A stretch of 64,000 nucleotides of DNA from Clostridia bacterium (GTDB lineage: Bacteria > Bacillota > Clostridia > Oscillospirales > CAG-272). The DNA lies in the NCBI GenBank assembly GCA_017428635.1, contig JAFRQK010000025.1:2423-66422 (forward strand). Direction: 5' to 3'. The position numbers were made by a program, and so were the translations under genes. Each line of letters begins with the position of its first letter. The stretch's first letter is position 1. This document shows, piece after piece, positions 9,372 through 19,302 of the stretch. Under the pieces are notes generated by a model that was not told where the DNA came from, ran no database searches, and saw only the letters and a program-made list of their open reading frames with translations.

Positions 9372-10856
9372 TCAGTTTTTCGTCTGTTTACGGCGCGATC
9401 TTTTTTTCTTCAGGAGTTCTATCACGCGCTCCGCGTGGATCCCGCGGCTCGCCTTGACGAGTAGGACGTCCCCGTCCGAAAGAGAGTTCAGGATCATATC
9501 GGCGACCGTCTGCGGATCGCGCGTATCGAGGCAGACGAAAACGTTCTCCGCTCTGATACCTTTCTTTATCGCCGCCTCCGCCACGACGTCGCTCATCATT
9601 CCGAAGCAGAAGAGTTTCGATACCTTCGCGGTCGCGGCGTATTGCCCTATCTGGTCGTGAAGCAGACGCGAGTACTCGCCGAGCTCGAGCATATCGCCGA
9701 GCAGAGCGGCCGCCGCGCCGCCTTTTTTCTGCGCGAGAGCGACGAGAACGTCGATCGCGGCGCGCATCGACTCGGGACTGGCGTTGTAGCAATCGTCGAT
9801 AACGGTGATCCCGCCGATATCGTAGACGCTCTGCCTCATATCGTATCCGACGTAAGAGGAAAGCCCGTTCTTTATCTTTTCAGTCTCAATACCGAGAAGC
9901 GTTCCGACTGCGAAAGCCGACAGGGCGTTGTAAACGTTATGTTTGCCGGGTACGGAAAGTTCGACGTTTGTGACGACCTTATCGCCGCAGATCATGTCGA
10001 ACGTTGTGCCGTCCGTGCGAAGGCGCAGGTTCACCGCCCTGAAATCGCCGTTCCTGTTGTATATGCTCATGAGCTTCGGCTTGCCGCCGCGTTCCGTATA
10101 CTCTTTGAAAAGAAGGGGCTCGTCCGCGTTCAGAAGGACCGCGCCGTTCTCCGGCATCCCCGCGGTGATCTCCATTTTGGCGCGGCATATGTTCTCCCGC
10201 GTTCCGAGAGTAGCGAGATGAGAAGTTCCGATATTCGTAACGACCGCTATATCCGGGCGAACGATCTTCGAGAGGTATTCGATCTCGCCCAGGGCGCTCA
10301 TTCCGAGTTCAATGACCGAGACCTCATCCTCGGGAGTCAACTCGAACAGAGTGAGAGGAAGACCGAGTTCGTTGTTGTGATTACCCTTCGTTTTGTGCGT
10401 CTTGAAACGGGTCGAAGCAACGGATGCGATCATCTCCTTCGTCGTCGTCTTTCCGACGCTTCCGGTGACTGCAACGAATTTCGCCCTGCTGTGGCATCTG
10501 TACCTGAAGGCGATCATCCCGAGCGCACGTACGACGTTATCGACCCTGACGATTACGATCGGCGCGCCGGGGTCGGGGATCTGAGACGGATCTCTCGTCG
10601 TAAGGACGCAAACCGCTCCGAGCTCCGCCGCCTGCGGGATGAAATCCGCGCCGTCGGCGCGCTCGCCCTTTATGGCGCAGAAAAGCGATCCGGGAGAGCA
10701 TTCTCCGGACGCCGTCGCTACGTTTACGATCTCTGTATTTTCATCGGCTCCGCGGATCGCGGTGAGTTCGCCGTCTGCGGTGTCTGCGATCTCGCGTGCC
10801 GTAGGTCTCCATAAAGTCAACTCAACGCTCATTTTGTCTTCTCCTTCACATTTCAC
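9372..10856 (-). CDS. murF: UDP-N-acetylmuramoyl-tripeptide--D-alanyl-D-alanine ligase MurF
   Basis: Mur ligase P-loop VTGSVGKTTTKEM in dcw context. The start is ambiguous (ATG 10856 overlaps the murE stop; the alternative is ATG 10832). Confidence 0.9.
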   Translation of the reverse strand: MKCEGEDKMSVELTLWRPTAREIADTADGELTAIRGADENTEIVNVATASGECSPGSLFCAIKGERADGADFIPQAAELGAVCVLTTRDPSQIPDPGAPIVIVRVDNVVRALGMIAFRYRCHSRAKFVAVTGSVGKTTTKEMIASVASTRFKTHKTKGNHNNELGLPLTLFELTPEDEVSVIELGMSALGEIEYLSKIVRPDIAVVTNIGTSHLATLGTRENICRAKMEITAGMPENGAVLLNADEPLLFKEYTERGGKPKLMSIYNRNGDFRAVNLRLRTDGTTFDMICGDKVVTNVELSVPGKHNVYNALSAFAVGTLLGIETEKIKNGLSSYVGYDMRQSVYDIGGITVIDDCYNASPESMRAAIDVLVALAQKKGGAAAALLGDMLELGEYSRLLHDQIGQYAATAKVSKLFCFGMMSDVVAEAAIKKGIRAENVFVCLDTRDPQTVADMILNSLSDGDVLLVKASRGIHAERVIELLKKKRSRRKQTKN

Positions 10857-12336
10857 GTCTCTTTACAAGTTCAGTCACTATTTTTTCCTCGTCGAACGGC
10901 TTTTTGCCGTCGGCGGTTATTTCGTATTTTTCGTGTCCCTTCCCCGCAAGGACGACGACCTCTCCGGGGACCGCTTCCGACACGCAGTATTCTATCGCCG
11001 CTCTTCTGTCCCTTATGACGGCGTGCGGTTTTTCGCGGTCGACCCCCGCCATGATCTGTTTTATTATAAGATCGGGGTCTTCTCCCCTCGGGTTGTCGCT
11101 CGTTACGACCGTAAAATCGGCCAGCGACGAGGCGACGGCGCCCATCTTCTTTCTTTTCGTTCTGTCTCTGTCCCCGCCGCACCCGAAAAGAACGGTTATT
11201 TTCGACCCGGGTCTCACCGTTCCGCGCACGGTGCGCAAAAGCGATGAGAGCGCCGCAGGCGTATGGGCGTAATCGATCAGCACGGTGAACGGGCATCCTT
11301 CCGGCGTCGCTCTGTAAAGTCTGCCGGGAACTCCGCGAAAACGGCCGAGCGCGCAGGATACCGTCCTTCGGCTCACTCCCTCCGAGAGGGCCGCCGCGGA
11401 CGCCAGAAGAGAATTGCTTATCGTATAATCTCCCGGTATCGGGACCGATACGCGGAAGGCGGGCGCTTCGGAATACAAAATATATTCCACTCCGCGAACG
11501 CCGAGCAGTTTCTGCCTCAGCGCGCGGACGTCGCACCGTTCCCCGGGCACGGGGGGGGCGGTCCGGCACACGACCGAACCCGGATGCGGCGAAAGTCTTA
11601 TCATATACGGGTCGTCCCCGTTGATTATCAGTTTTTTCGACCTGTCGGACAGAGACGCTTTTGCGAGGAAATAATTCTCCATCGTCAGGTGAAAATCGAG
11701 GTGTTCCTCGGAGAGATTCGTAAAGATCGCGGCGTCGGGCCGCACGGGATCGAGTTTTCGCTGAGCAAGAGCGTGCGACGACGCCTCGAAAATGAAGACT
11801 TCGGCGCCCATATCCCTCATTTTCGCAGCGAGCGGATAGAACACTTCGGGATCAGGGGTCGTCATAGCGGCGGCGGCGTCCGAGACGGACGAGCCCCCGC
11901 CCACGTCTATCACCTCGTCGCCGATCGACGAGCAGACCGTCGTGACCGATCCCGTAAGATATCCCGCCGCGCGGAAGATCTCGCGGAGCATATACGAAAC
12001 GGTCGTCTTTCCGTTCGTCCCCGTCACCGCGAACGTTTTCATGCGGCTCGTCGGGTCTCCGGTAAAGGTATTCCACATGACCGATTCAGCCGCGCGCGCG
12101 TCGGGGACCGTAATGATCCCGGGACCCTCCCGCGCGTCCGAAATAACGGCGGCGGCTCCGCGCGCGAACGCCTCGCCGGTGAAATCGTTTCCGTCTTTTC
12201 GGGTCCCTCTGATACAGACGAATACGTCTTTCGGCTTGACTTTTCTCGAATCGGAGGCTATCCCTCCGACCTCAACGGCAGCGGCGAACTCGGGGATCGC
12301 CGTCCCCGTGTTTTTCAGCAGTTCTGCGAGTTTCAA
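10846..12336 (-). CDS. murE: UDP-N-acetylmuramoyl-L-alanyl-D-glutamate--2,6-diaminopimelate ligase MurE (substrate specificity inferred)
   Basis: VTGTNGKTT P-loop, with DNPR at the position where the DAP-specific motif sits. dcw context. Confidence 0.9.
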   Translation of the reverse strand: MKLAELLKNTGTAIPEFAAAVEVGGIASDSRKVKPKDVFVCIRGTRKDGNDFTGEAFARGAAAVISDAREGPGIITVPDARAAESVMWNTFTGDPTSRMKTFAVTGTNGKTTVSYMLREIFRAAGYLTGSVTTVCSSIGDEVIDVGGGSSVSDAAAAMTTPDPEVFYPLAAKMRDMGAEVFIFEASSHALAQRKLDPVRPDAAIFTNLSEEHLDFHLTMENYFLAKASLSDRSKKLIINGDDPYMIRLSPHPGSVVCRTAPPVPGERCDVRALRQKLLGVRGVEYILYSEAPAFRVSVPIPGDYTISNSLLASAAALSEGVSRRTVSCALGRFRGVPGRLYRATPEGCPFTVLIDYAHTPAALSSLLRTVRGTVRPGSKITVLFGCGGDRDRTKRKKMGAVASSLADFTVVTSDNPRGEDPDLIIKQIMAGVDREKPHAVIRDRRAAIEYCVSEAVPGEVVVLAGKGHEKYEITADGKKPFDEEKIVTELVKRREM

Positions 12337-12387
12337 ATATCATCCCTCCGGAAGCCGAATATCTTTCAACTTCCTTCGGGGGAGTTA

Positions 12388-14742
12388 TCAGTCGGTTCCG
12401 TCCAGATATCTGAGTTCGACCTCGACGACCTGTCCGGGAAGCGCCATCGTACCGGCGGAGGGAGACTGTCCCACGACCGTCGCGGTGGAACCCGAAGACG
12501 CTCCGGTGAACCTGATATTGAGCCCCGAGCCGATGACCATACTGTTCGCGACTTCGGCGCCCTTGCCCATTAGGTCGGGGACCTCGATATACGGCGTCGG
12601 TTCCGCGTCTCCGCAGTAGAGAATGACGTTCCCGTTTTCGTTGCTCATCACGCTGCCCTCGGCGGGGACCTGCGCGGTGACGACGTCGCCGTCTCCGATG
12701 ATCTCGAATCCTATGCCCTTGTTTATCAGGTCTTCTTTTGCAACGGCGGGATCGGAGCCGACGTATGCGCCCACGGTAACTTCAAGAGAAGCGAGGTCCG
12801 CCTCGGTGTACTGTTTTTCAACGCCGAGATACGGGAGAAGGCTCGCGAACAGTTTCGACAGGTAAGGCGCTGCGACGGTGCTCCCGTAGACCGCACCTTT
12901 CATCGGCTCGTCTACGATGATGATCGCTGCGATCTTCGGATCGTCGGACGGAGCGTAGCCGACGCACGATCCGACTCTGTACGGTCGCTCTCCGTTTTCG
13001 TCGAATTTATCTCTCTTTTCGGACGTACCTGTCTTCGCGGCGACCTTATACCCTTTGACGTAGGCGTTTTTCGCGCCGCCGTCGTGCGAGACGCCGTCTT
13101 CGAGAACGTCCGATATCTCGCGGCAGACTTCCGTACTGACGACCTGACGTTTCACGTCGGTCTCATAATTCTTGACGACGTTTCCGTCGTCGTCGACGAT
13201 GGATTTGAAAAGGTGAGGAGTTATATAGTATCCGCCGTTCGCTACCGTTGCGATCGCGGTGAGCTGCTGGATCGGAGTCGTCTTGAACGTCTGACCGAAC
13301 GAATAAACGGCCAGCGAGACGTTGTTGAAATCGGATCTCGGCGTATAGATACCGCCGGACTCTGAGGGCAGGTCTATTCCGGTCTTTCCGGTGTACCCGA
13401 ACGCCTCGAAATAATCGTAGAACTTGTCTTCCCCGAGAAGCGCGGCGACCTGCATCAGAGCGGGGTTGCACGACTGCTGAAGTCCGTATCTGAACGCCAG
13501 CGTTCCGTGACCGTTCGTGTTGTGGCACGAAATCGGTTTCGGGTAGTTCGGGATCATCAGCGATCCCGTGCATGTGAACGGCGTATCGAACGTTACGACT
13601 TTCTCCTCGAGCGCCGCCGCGGTCGTTATGACTTTGAAAGTGGATCCGGGCTCGTACGTATCGAGCACCGCTTTATTCCCCCACATGGAGTAGAGGAGCT
13701 CGAGCCGTTTTTCGGTGTATTCTTCCGATCCTTCCTCGAACCCGCACTCGTCGAGGGCTGCTTTCGAGGTCTCGTCGAGTACGAACGGTTCGTTAAGATC
13801 GAACGAGGGATACGTCGCCATTCCGAGGATCCCGCCCGTCTCAACGTTCATGACGATACCGGTCACGCGGTTTCCCGCGCCTGAATCGTTCCACGTCGCC
13901 TCGAGCTGGTTCTGAAGCTCGGTCTGAATGTACCGGTCTATCGTGATCTCGAGATTCTGACCGTTCTCCGTCTCAATATAAGCCTCGTACTCGAAAGGCA
14001 TATCGTTCTTTCTCGCATCCTGCGCGAGGATGTACTTGCCCGACGTTCCCTCGAGCAGGTTGTTATAGTATTTTTCGAGTCCGTAGATCCCGACGCCGTC
14101 GGAGTTCGTGAATCCGAGAACGTGGCACGCGAGGTCTCCGTACGGATAATATCTCTTCGAGGACGCCCTGTCGTAGATCTGATTCGTGAGACCGAACTTG
14201 TCAATGAACTCCCTGATCTTTTCGTTTACGTTCTCCTCAACGTCGCGCCCGATCAGCTCGTACATCCTGTCCGTCTTCGCAGCTTTCTCAGCCACCGTCG
14301 AATACTCGACGCCGAGCTGATACGAGAGATAGGAGCAGATCAGATCTTTCTGAGACGTTCCTCTGTAAGACGCCGTCCCGTCGGGGGACGTCCAGTCGTA
14401 GAACACGTCGTTGTCCGGATCGTCGTCCGAGTTCTTTTTGTCGACGTCTTTCTGCGCCTCGTTTATGTCGCTGGGGGATATGATGACGTTGTAGACCGTT
14501 TTGTTCGTGGCAAGCGGGTTGCCGTTAGTATCGAGGATGTCTCCCCTCTCCGGGTTGACGTCGGCGGATACGGTGATCTGATCGAGAACCTGGTCCTGAT
14601 AATACTCATGGTCCCTTATCTGATAAAGGGCGAGCCGACCGATGATTATCGCAGCCGCAAAGGCAAAAAGACAAAAAGCGATCACAAGTTTGTGATACGT
14701 TTTTCTGTCTGTTCTGTTCTGTTCTGCGTTCATACTGTTCAC
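12388..14742 (-). CDS. class B penicillin-binding protein (FtsI/PBP2B/SpoVD-type) with two C-terminal PASTA domains
   Basis: N-terminal TM helix, a transpeptidase STFK motif (EPGSTFKVIT), a KTGT motif (AAKTGTSE), and two PASTA-like repeats at the C-terminus. Confidence 0.9.
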   Translation of the reverse strand: MNSMNAEQNRTDRKTYHKLVIAFCLFAFAAAIIIGRLALYQIRDHEYYQDQVLDQITVSADVNPERGDILDTNGNPLATNKTVYNVIISPSDINEAQKDVDKKNSDDDPDNDVFYDWTSPDGTASYRGTSQKDLICSYLSYQLGVEYSTVAEKAAKTDRMYELIGRDVEENVNEKIREFIDKFGLTNQIYDRASSKRYYPYGDLACHVLGFTNSDGVGIYGLEKYYNNLLEGTSGKYILAQDARKNDMPFEYEAYIETENGQNLEITIDRYIQTELQNQLEATWNDSGAGNRVTGIVMNVETGGILGMATYPSFDLNEPFVLDETSKAALDECGFEEGSEEYTEKRLELLYSMWGNKAVLDTYEPGSTFKVITTAAALEEKVVTFDTPFTCTGSLMIPNYPKPISCHNTNGHGTLAFRYGLQQSCNPALMQVAALLGEDKFYDYFEAFGYTGKTGIDLPSESGGIYTPRSDFNNVSLAVYSFGQTFKTTPIQQLTAIATVANGGYYITPHLFKSIVDDDGNVVKNYETDVKRQVVSTEVCREISDVLEDGVSHDGGAKNAYVKGYKVAAKTGTSEKRDKFDENGERPYRVGSCVGYAPSDDPKIAAIIIVDEPMKGAVYGSTVAAPYLSKLFASLLPYLGVEKQYTEADLASLEVTVGAYVGSDPAVAKEDLINKGIGFEIIGDGDVVTAQVPAEGSVMSNENGNVILYCGDAEPTPYIEVPDLMGKGAEVANSMVIGSGLNIRFTGASSGSTATVVGQSPSAGTMALPGQVVEVELRYLDGTD

Positions 14743-14927
14743 CGCTTATCGAAAAATAAATGATCGGCAGGTATGCCGCACAGCGGTTCCGCGCGATCAT
14801 ATTTTATGTATCGTAAAGAGCGAATATACTCCCCGTCCGGCGGTGCGAGGGCCGCGGGAATACTCCTCTTTTATGCAACCATAGCGCACCGGAAAGGTGC
14901 GCCATGTATCGTACGTTTTTTAACTTT

Positions 14928-15701
14928 TTATCCTACGTAGTCCCTTATGTTGTCAAACAGCCCCGTGAAGACGGAAAGGAGCGATCCGAGCGTTCCTCCG
15001 CCCTCGCCTTCGCCTGTTCCCGTCGCCTCGAGTTCGATCGTATCGCCGGACGACATCGAAACGAATCTCTTCGTCACGGCTCCTTCTTTGACCATTCCGA
15101 TCTTTTCGGTCGCTATCTTCTCAACCAGCCGGATATCGTTCTTCTGCTCAAGCTGAAAAGCGAGATCCTCGCGTTCCGCTTCAAGAGCGGAGAGCGTCTC
15201 CTTTGCCTCGGAGAGCTGTCTGCTCGACGATGAGAGCTGCGCGTAACTGAATATGACCGCCATGACCATAAGAGTGGAAACGATAAGGATCGCGATGAAC
15301 GGAAGAGAGATACGCGCTCTCTCTACTTTGACCTCGCGGCGCGACGCTGCGCGGTCCGCCGCGATCGCTTTCGCTCTCGCCTCGGCGCGTTGTTCTTTCC
15401 TGATCGCTTTCTTCTCGGCTTTGACGCGGCGTTCAAACGCTTTCACGTACTCGAGACGCGCTCTTTCGCGCTCTGCAGCCGCCGCGCGTCTGCGCTCTTC
15501 TCTCACAAGGCGCTCATAGTAAGCGCGCTCTGCCGCCTGACGGTCGGCGGACGTCCGGCGAGGTGCGCTCGTTGCGACCCTCGCCGCGGTCTGACGTCCC
15601 CGTGAAGGAGAAATTGAAGAATGATTTGCGTTTTTTGTGCGGTTATACGTTCCGGCGGGGCGCGCAACGCTCTGCCGTCTTACGGTTCCCTGATAGGTCA
15701 T
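14928..15701 (-). CDS. ftsL: FtsL-like bitopic division protein with a ~130-aa basic N-terminal tail
   Basis: Its position between rsmH and the PBP gene fits FtsL. It has a single TM helix (ISLPFIAILIVSTLMVMAVIF) followed by a coiled-coil (LSEAKETLSALEAEREDLAFQLEQ). The assignment rests on architecture and synteny only. Confidence 0.6.
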   Translation of the reverse strand: MTYQGTVRRQSVARPAGTYNRTKNANHSSISPSRGRQTAARVATSAPRRTSADRQAAERAYYERLVREERRRAAAAERERARLEYVKAFERRVKAEKKAIRKEQRAEARAKAIAADRAASRREVKVERARISLPFIAILIVSTLMVMAVIFSYAQLSSSSRQLSEAKETLSALEAEREDLAFQLEQKNDIRLVEKIATEKIGMVKEGAVTKRFVSMSSGDTIELEATGTGEGEGGGTLGSLLSVFTGLFDNIRDYVG

Positions 15702-15719
15702 CGTCCCCGCCTCCTTTTC

Positions 15720-16661
15720 TTAAAGTTTTCGTACTACGCGGAGTTTCGCGCTCCGCGCTCTCGGATTCGCCTTCGTTTCGTCGTCCGAAGGTAAAATCGG
15801 CTTTTTCGTTATGAGCTCGACCGTCGGCTTCTTTCCGCATACGCAGACCGGAAATTCCGGAGGGCACGTGCATCCCGTCGCCAGGTCCTGAAACGTTCTT
15901 TTAACTATCCTGTCTTCAAGTGAGTGGAACGAGATCACGGCCGCGATCCCGCCGGGAGCAAGTCTTTCGACCGCCGCCCTTATCGAGGGCTCGATCCCGT
16001 CGAGTTCTCCGTTCACTTCGATCCTGATCGCCTGAAAAGTCCTTTTGGCGGGGTGCTGAGCCTCGCTCTTTCTCGCCGCCGCGGGAATGCCACGGATTAT
16101 CGCCTCCGCGAGCTGAACGGTCGATACGACAGGCGCTTTGTCCCTCGCCTCGCAAATGCTCTTCGCCACGGGCCCGGCGAACTTCTCCTCGCCGTAGTCC
16201 CGGATTATCCTTTTGAGTTGTTCGAATCCGTATCCGTTCACGACGTCCGCCGCCGTGATCCCGCCAGAGCGGTCCATCCTCATGTCGAGCGGCGCGTCCG
16301 CGCCGTACGAGAATCCGCGGTCCGCCTCGTCGAGCTGATGCGACGAGACCCCGAGATCCCAGAGGACCCCGTTTATCCTGTCGATCCCGAGCGAATCGAG
16401 GACAGCCCCGACGTCGCTGTAATTTGATCGGACGACGGTGCACCTCGGCCCGTACTTTTCAAGTCTGTTCCGCGCCGCCGCAACGGCTTCTTCGTCGCGG
16501 TCGATCGCAACGAGCCGACCGCCCCCCGGAAGTCGTTCTGCGATCGCCGCCGAGTGGCCGCCTCCGCCGGCGGTACAGTCGACGAATACGCCGCCCCTCT
16601 CGGGTGCGAGAGCGTCGACGCTCTCGTCAAGCAGGACGGAGACGTGACTGAATCCCGTCAC
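15720..16661 (-). CDS. rsmH: 16S rRNA (cytosine1402-N4)-methyltransferase RsmH (MraW)
   Basis: HVSVLLDESVDAL..., DCTAGGGGHS and DLGVSSHQLD motifs. GTG start. Confidence 0.95.
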   Translation of the reverse strand: MTGFSHVSVLLDESVDALAPERGGVFVDCTAGGGGHSAAIAERLPGGGRLVAIDRDEEAVAAARNRLEKYGPRCTVVRSNYSDVGAVLDSLGIDRINGVLWDLGVSSHQLDEADRGFSYGADAPLDMRMDRSGGITAADVVNGYGFEQLKRIIRDYGEEKFAGPVAKSICEARDKAPVVSTVQLAEAIIRGIPAAARKSEAQHPAKRTFQAIRIEVNGELDGIEPSIRAAVERLAPGGIAAVISFHSLEDRIVKRTFQDLATGCTCPPEFPVCVCGKKPTVELITKKPILPSDDETKANPRARSAKLRVVRKL

Positions 16662-16663
16662 GG

Positions 16664-17083
16664 TCAGAGACCGAGTTCCGCCATCCTGGCGGCGAAATCG
16701 TCGGGCTCGGAGTCAAGACCTCTTTCGGTCCATCTCTCTTCAGCCCAGATCTCGGCGTACTTGCCGCACCCGACCGTTATCACGTTCTTCGTGATACCGC
16801 AATGCTCGAGCATCTCCTGAGGGAGAAGCACTCTGCCCTGCGCGTCCGGCTGGATCTCTATCGACTTGGAGTATATGTATCTCACGATGTCCTTGACTTC
16901 GTGTTTGTGCTTCGCGCTGAGTTCGGAAGCGTATTCCTCGAATTCCGCTTTCGAGTACATGCTGAGGCACCCTCCGGTGTCCTGCATGATCACGACCACG
17001 GGACCGAGCTGCTCCTTGAGCTTGGAGGGTATTATGAGTCTATTTTTGGAGTCGATGGTGTGCGGGTATTTTCCCATTAACAT
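16664..17083 (-). CDS. mraZ: transcriptional regulator MraZ
   Basis: MLMGKYPHTIDSKNRLIIPSKLKEQLG... plus a second SpoVT/AbrB-like repeat (DAQGRVLLPQEM). It is the first gene of the dcw cluster. Confidence 0.95.
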   Translation of the reverse strand: MLMGKYPHTIDSKNRLIIPSKLKEQLGPVVVIMQDTGGCLSMYSKAEFEEYASELSAKHKHEVKDIVRYIYSKSIEIQPDAQGRVLLPQEMLEHCGITKNVITVGCGKYAEIWAEERWTERGLDSEPDDFAARMAELGL

Positions 17084-17098
17084 GCCCTTTTACCTCCC

Positions 17099-17128
17099 TT
17101 TCACTCCATTTTGTTGCATTTCACTCCA
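17099..17128 (-). promoter_or_regulatory. candidate MraZ operator: direct repeats in the mraZ leader
   Basis: On the minus strand, TGGAGTGAAA occurs twice exactly 20 nt apart (17128-17119 and 17108-17099). The distal copy is preceded by AAAG, giving AAAGTGG. The repeats lie between the predicted -10 and the GGGAGG RBS. Confidence 0.4.
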
Positions 17129-17141
17129 CTTTGTTAGGGAT

Positions 17142-17170
17142 ATTATAATACACCCGCGCGAAAAGTGCAA
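17142..17170 (-). promoter_or_regulatory. sigma-70-type promoter of the dcw cluster (Pmra)
   Basis: On the minus strand: TTGCAC (17170-17165), a 17-nt spacer, then TATAAT (17147-17142). Confidence 0.6.
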
Positions 17171-17344
17171 GGGTTTTGTGCAATTTATTTTAGTTTTTTT
17201 TCGCAAAAACGCCCTTTTCTCACCTTTTCCCACGAAAAAGGACAACCGTTATTTGTTTTTTCGGCGGTTTTATCCGTTTTTGCGATTTTTTGTGAATACG
17301 AAACATATCCGGTCACTTCCCGCCACGGAGCGATACGAAAAGCG

Positions 17345-17401
17345 CAAAAAAGCCCCGCGAATGCGGGATCGGCGCATTCGCGGGGCCGGTATTCGGTTTT
17401 T
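17345..17401. terminator. bidirectional terminator downstream of nfo
   Basis: A 13-bp perfect stem, CCCCGCGAATGCG (17353-17365) / CGCATTCGCGGGG (17373-17385), with an A-run before it and a T-run after it. Confidence 0.75.
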
Positions 17402-17407
17402 ATCGGG

Positions 17408-18250
17408 TCATTTCGTTCTCATCTCTTTGAGCATTTCGATCTCGCGGGCGTATCCCTCGTCGTCGTTCGGCGTCTCGAGATAGAACGGGATCCCCTCAAG
17501 ATCGTCGCAGTTTATGAGATACTTCACCGCTTCGAGGCTTATGTAACCCATCCCCAGTTTTTCGTGCCTGTCTTTTCTCGCTCCGACGGGATTCTTGCTG
17601 TCGTTCAGGTGGATCGCTTTGAGCCGCGAAAGACCGACGACGCGGTCGAATTCGTCGAGCACGCCCTGCGGGTCCTCGGAGATCTTATATCCCCCGTCGT
17701 GTATATGACACGTGTCGAGGCACACGCCGAGACGGTCTGAAAGGGGTGAGCGGACGCGCGAGATGATCTCGGCGAGTTCCTCGAAGGTCCTTCCCATCTC
17801 GGTACCCTTTCCCGCCATCGTCTCGAGAAGAACGTACGTGTTCATTCCCTCCCACATTATCGAGTTCAGCATATCGGAGATGAACCCGAACGCCGCCTCC
17901 TCGCCCTGACCGACGTGATTGCCCGGGTGGAAGTTGTAAAGCGCTCCGTTTATCCCGTCGAGCATCTCGAGCTCCTCGCGCATCGTGTCGCGCGTGAACT
18001 CTCTGATGTGTTCGTCCTTTGCGCACGGATTGTAGACGTACGGAGCGTGAGCGAGCGGCGGGTGGACCTCGCCCGACGCGGTAAGTTCGTTCAGCTTGCG
18101 GAAATCCTCCGGATCCGCCGCTTTGAGGACGCCCCCTCCTCTCGGGTTGCGCGTGAACACCTGATAGGTGTTTCCTCCCATTCCGAGGATCTTCCGGGCG
18201 GTCCCGTAATATCCGCCCTCTTTCGTCAAAAAGCAACCGACGTAAAACAT
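17408..18250 (-). CDS. nfo: deoxyribonuclease IV (endonuclease IV, AP endonuclease family 2)
   Basis: ...AHAPYVYNPC..., ...NFHPGNHVG..., ...LLETMAGKGTEMG..., ...VCLDTCHIHDGGY..., ...IHLNDSKNPVGARKDRHE.... Confidence 0.9.
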   Translation of the reverse strand: MFYVGCFLTKEGGYYGTARKILGMGGNTYQVFTRNPRGGGVLKAADPEDFRKLNELTASGEVHPPLAHAPYVYNPCAKDEHIREFTRDTMREELEMLDGINGALYNFHPGNHVGQGEEAAFGFISDMLNSIMWEGMNTYVLLETMAGKGTEMGRTFEELAEIISRVRSPLSDRLGVCLDTCHIHDGGYKISEDPQGVLDEFDRVVGLSRLKAIHLNDSKNPVGARKDRHEKLGMGYISLEAVKYLINCDDLEGIPFYLETPNDDEGYAREIEMLKEMRTK

Positions 18251-18374
18251 ACGATCTCCTCCCGGCGGCGCGGAAAGGTTGACATCCCGCCGCGTTTTGT
18301 GTTAGAATTCGTGAAAAGAGAGTAAAATAAGTTTCGGGTCGTTATCAAGCAGTCTTTCGCGGGGAGAACAGCAG

Positions 18375-19289
18375 GTGAGAAATAAGAAAAGCAGATCGCT
18401 CGATCTGAAAAAAATCAGAGCGGGCGCGGAAAGGTTTCTGGACGTCGTATCGGAAGACCGCGTCCCCGTCTACGCGGCTCAGGCTTCGTTCTTCCTCGTT
18501 ATCTCCGCGATCCCTTTCATCATACTTCTGATCAACTTGATCGGCTCGTTCATCCCCGAGGGCGTCGCCGACGTGATGATATCGATGGGCGACGCGCTTC
18601 CCGAAAACCTCCGCGACCTGTATCTCAGTATAATAGGCGAACTTTATTCCAAGCCTGCCGTCAACCTCATCTCGATCACCGCGCTGACCGCGTTCTGGAT
18701 GGCGTCGCGCGGTATCTCCTCCGTCAGAGGCGGGATCTCGACCGTTTACAGATCGCATCCGGACGAAGGGATCGTCAAGGGATTTCTGATGTCAGCCGCA
18801 TATACCGCCGTATTCCTCGTTCTGCTTATCGTTATCGTCGTCGCACAGCTCTTCGGTTCGCAGCTGTATCTGGTGGTCAAGGCTGCGTCGCCGGGAACCG
18901 TCGAATTTCTCGACGCGATATTCCGTCTCAAGACGCCTATCCTGTACGTGTCGCTGAGCGCGTTTTTCGCGCTGCTCTACTACGCCGTGAACAGGCGCGG
19001 AGAATACGTGGACAGAAAGTTTTACCACCATCTGCCCGGAGCGATCTTCGCCGCGGCGGGGTGGATGCTCTTTTCGTATTTCTACTCTCTGTACACGACG
19101 TACTTCACCGGCGTTTCGTACATCTACGGGAGCCTGACCGCGGTCGTGCTGCTCCTGTTGTGGATGTACGTCTGTATGACGATCCTGCTGATCGGAGCGG
19201 AACTGAACAAACTCATCGCCGGGCGCGACCGGAAACGGAAGATCCGAGGTACGGATGAACAGGACGAGCACCCCGAGACCGCAGACTGA
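18375..19289 (+). CDS. YihY/virulence factor BrkB family membrane protein
   Basis: ...RVPVYAAQASFFLVISAIPFIILL... opening and a multi-TM profile of 304 aa. GTG start. Confidence 0.75.
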   Translation: MRNKKSRSLDLKKIRAGAERFLDVVSEDRVPVYAAQASFFLVISAIPFIILLINLIGSFIPEGVADVMISMGDALPENLRDLYLSIIGELYSKPAVNLISITALTAFWMASRGISSVRGGISTVYRSHPDEGIVKGFLMSAAYTAVFLVLLIVIVVAQLFGSQLYLVVKAASPGTVEFLDAIFRLKTPILYVSLSAFFALLYYAVNRRGEYVDRKFYHHLPGAIFAAAGWMLFSYFYSLYTTYFTGVSYIYGSLTAVVLLLLWMYVCMTILLIGAELNKLIAGRDRKRKIRGTDEQDEHPETAD

Positions 19290-19302
19290 AAACACGGTTA
19301 TC

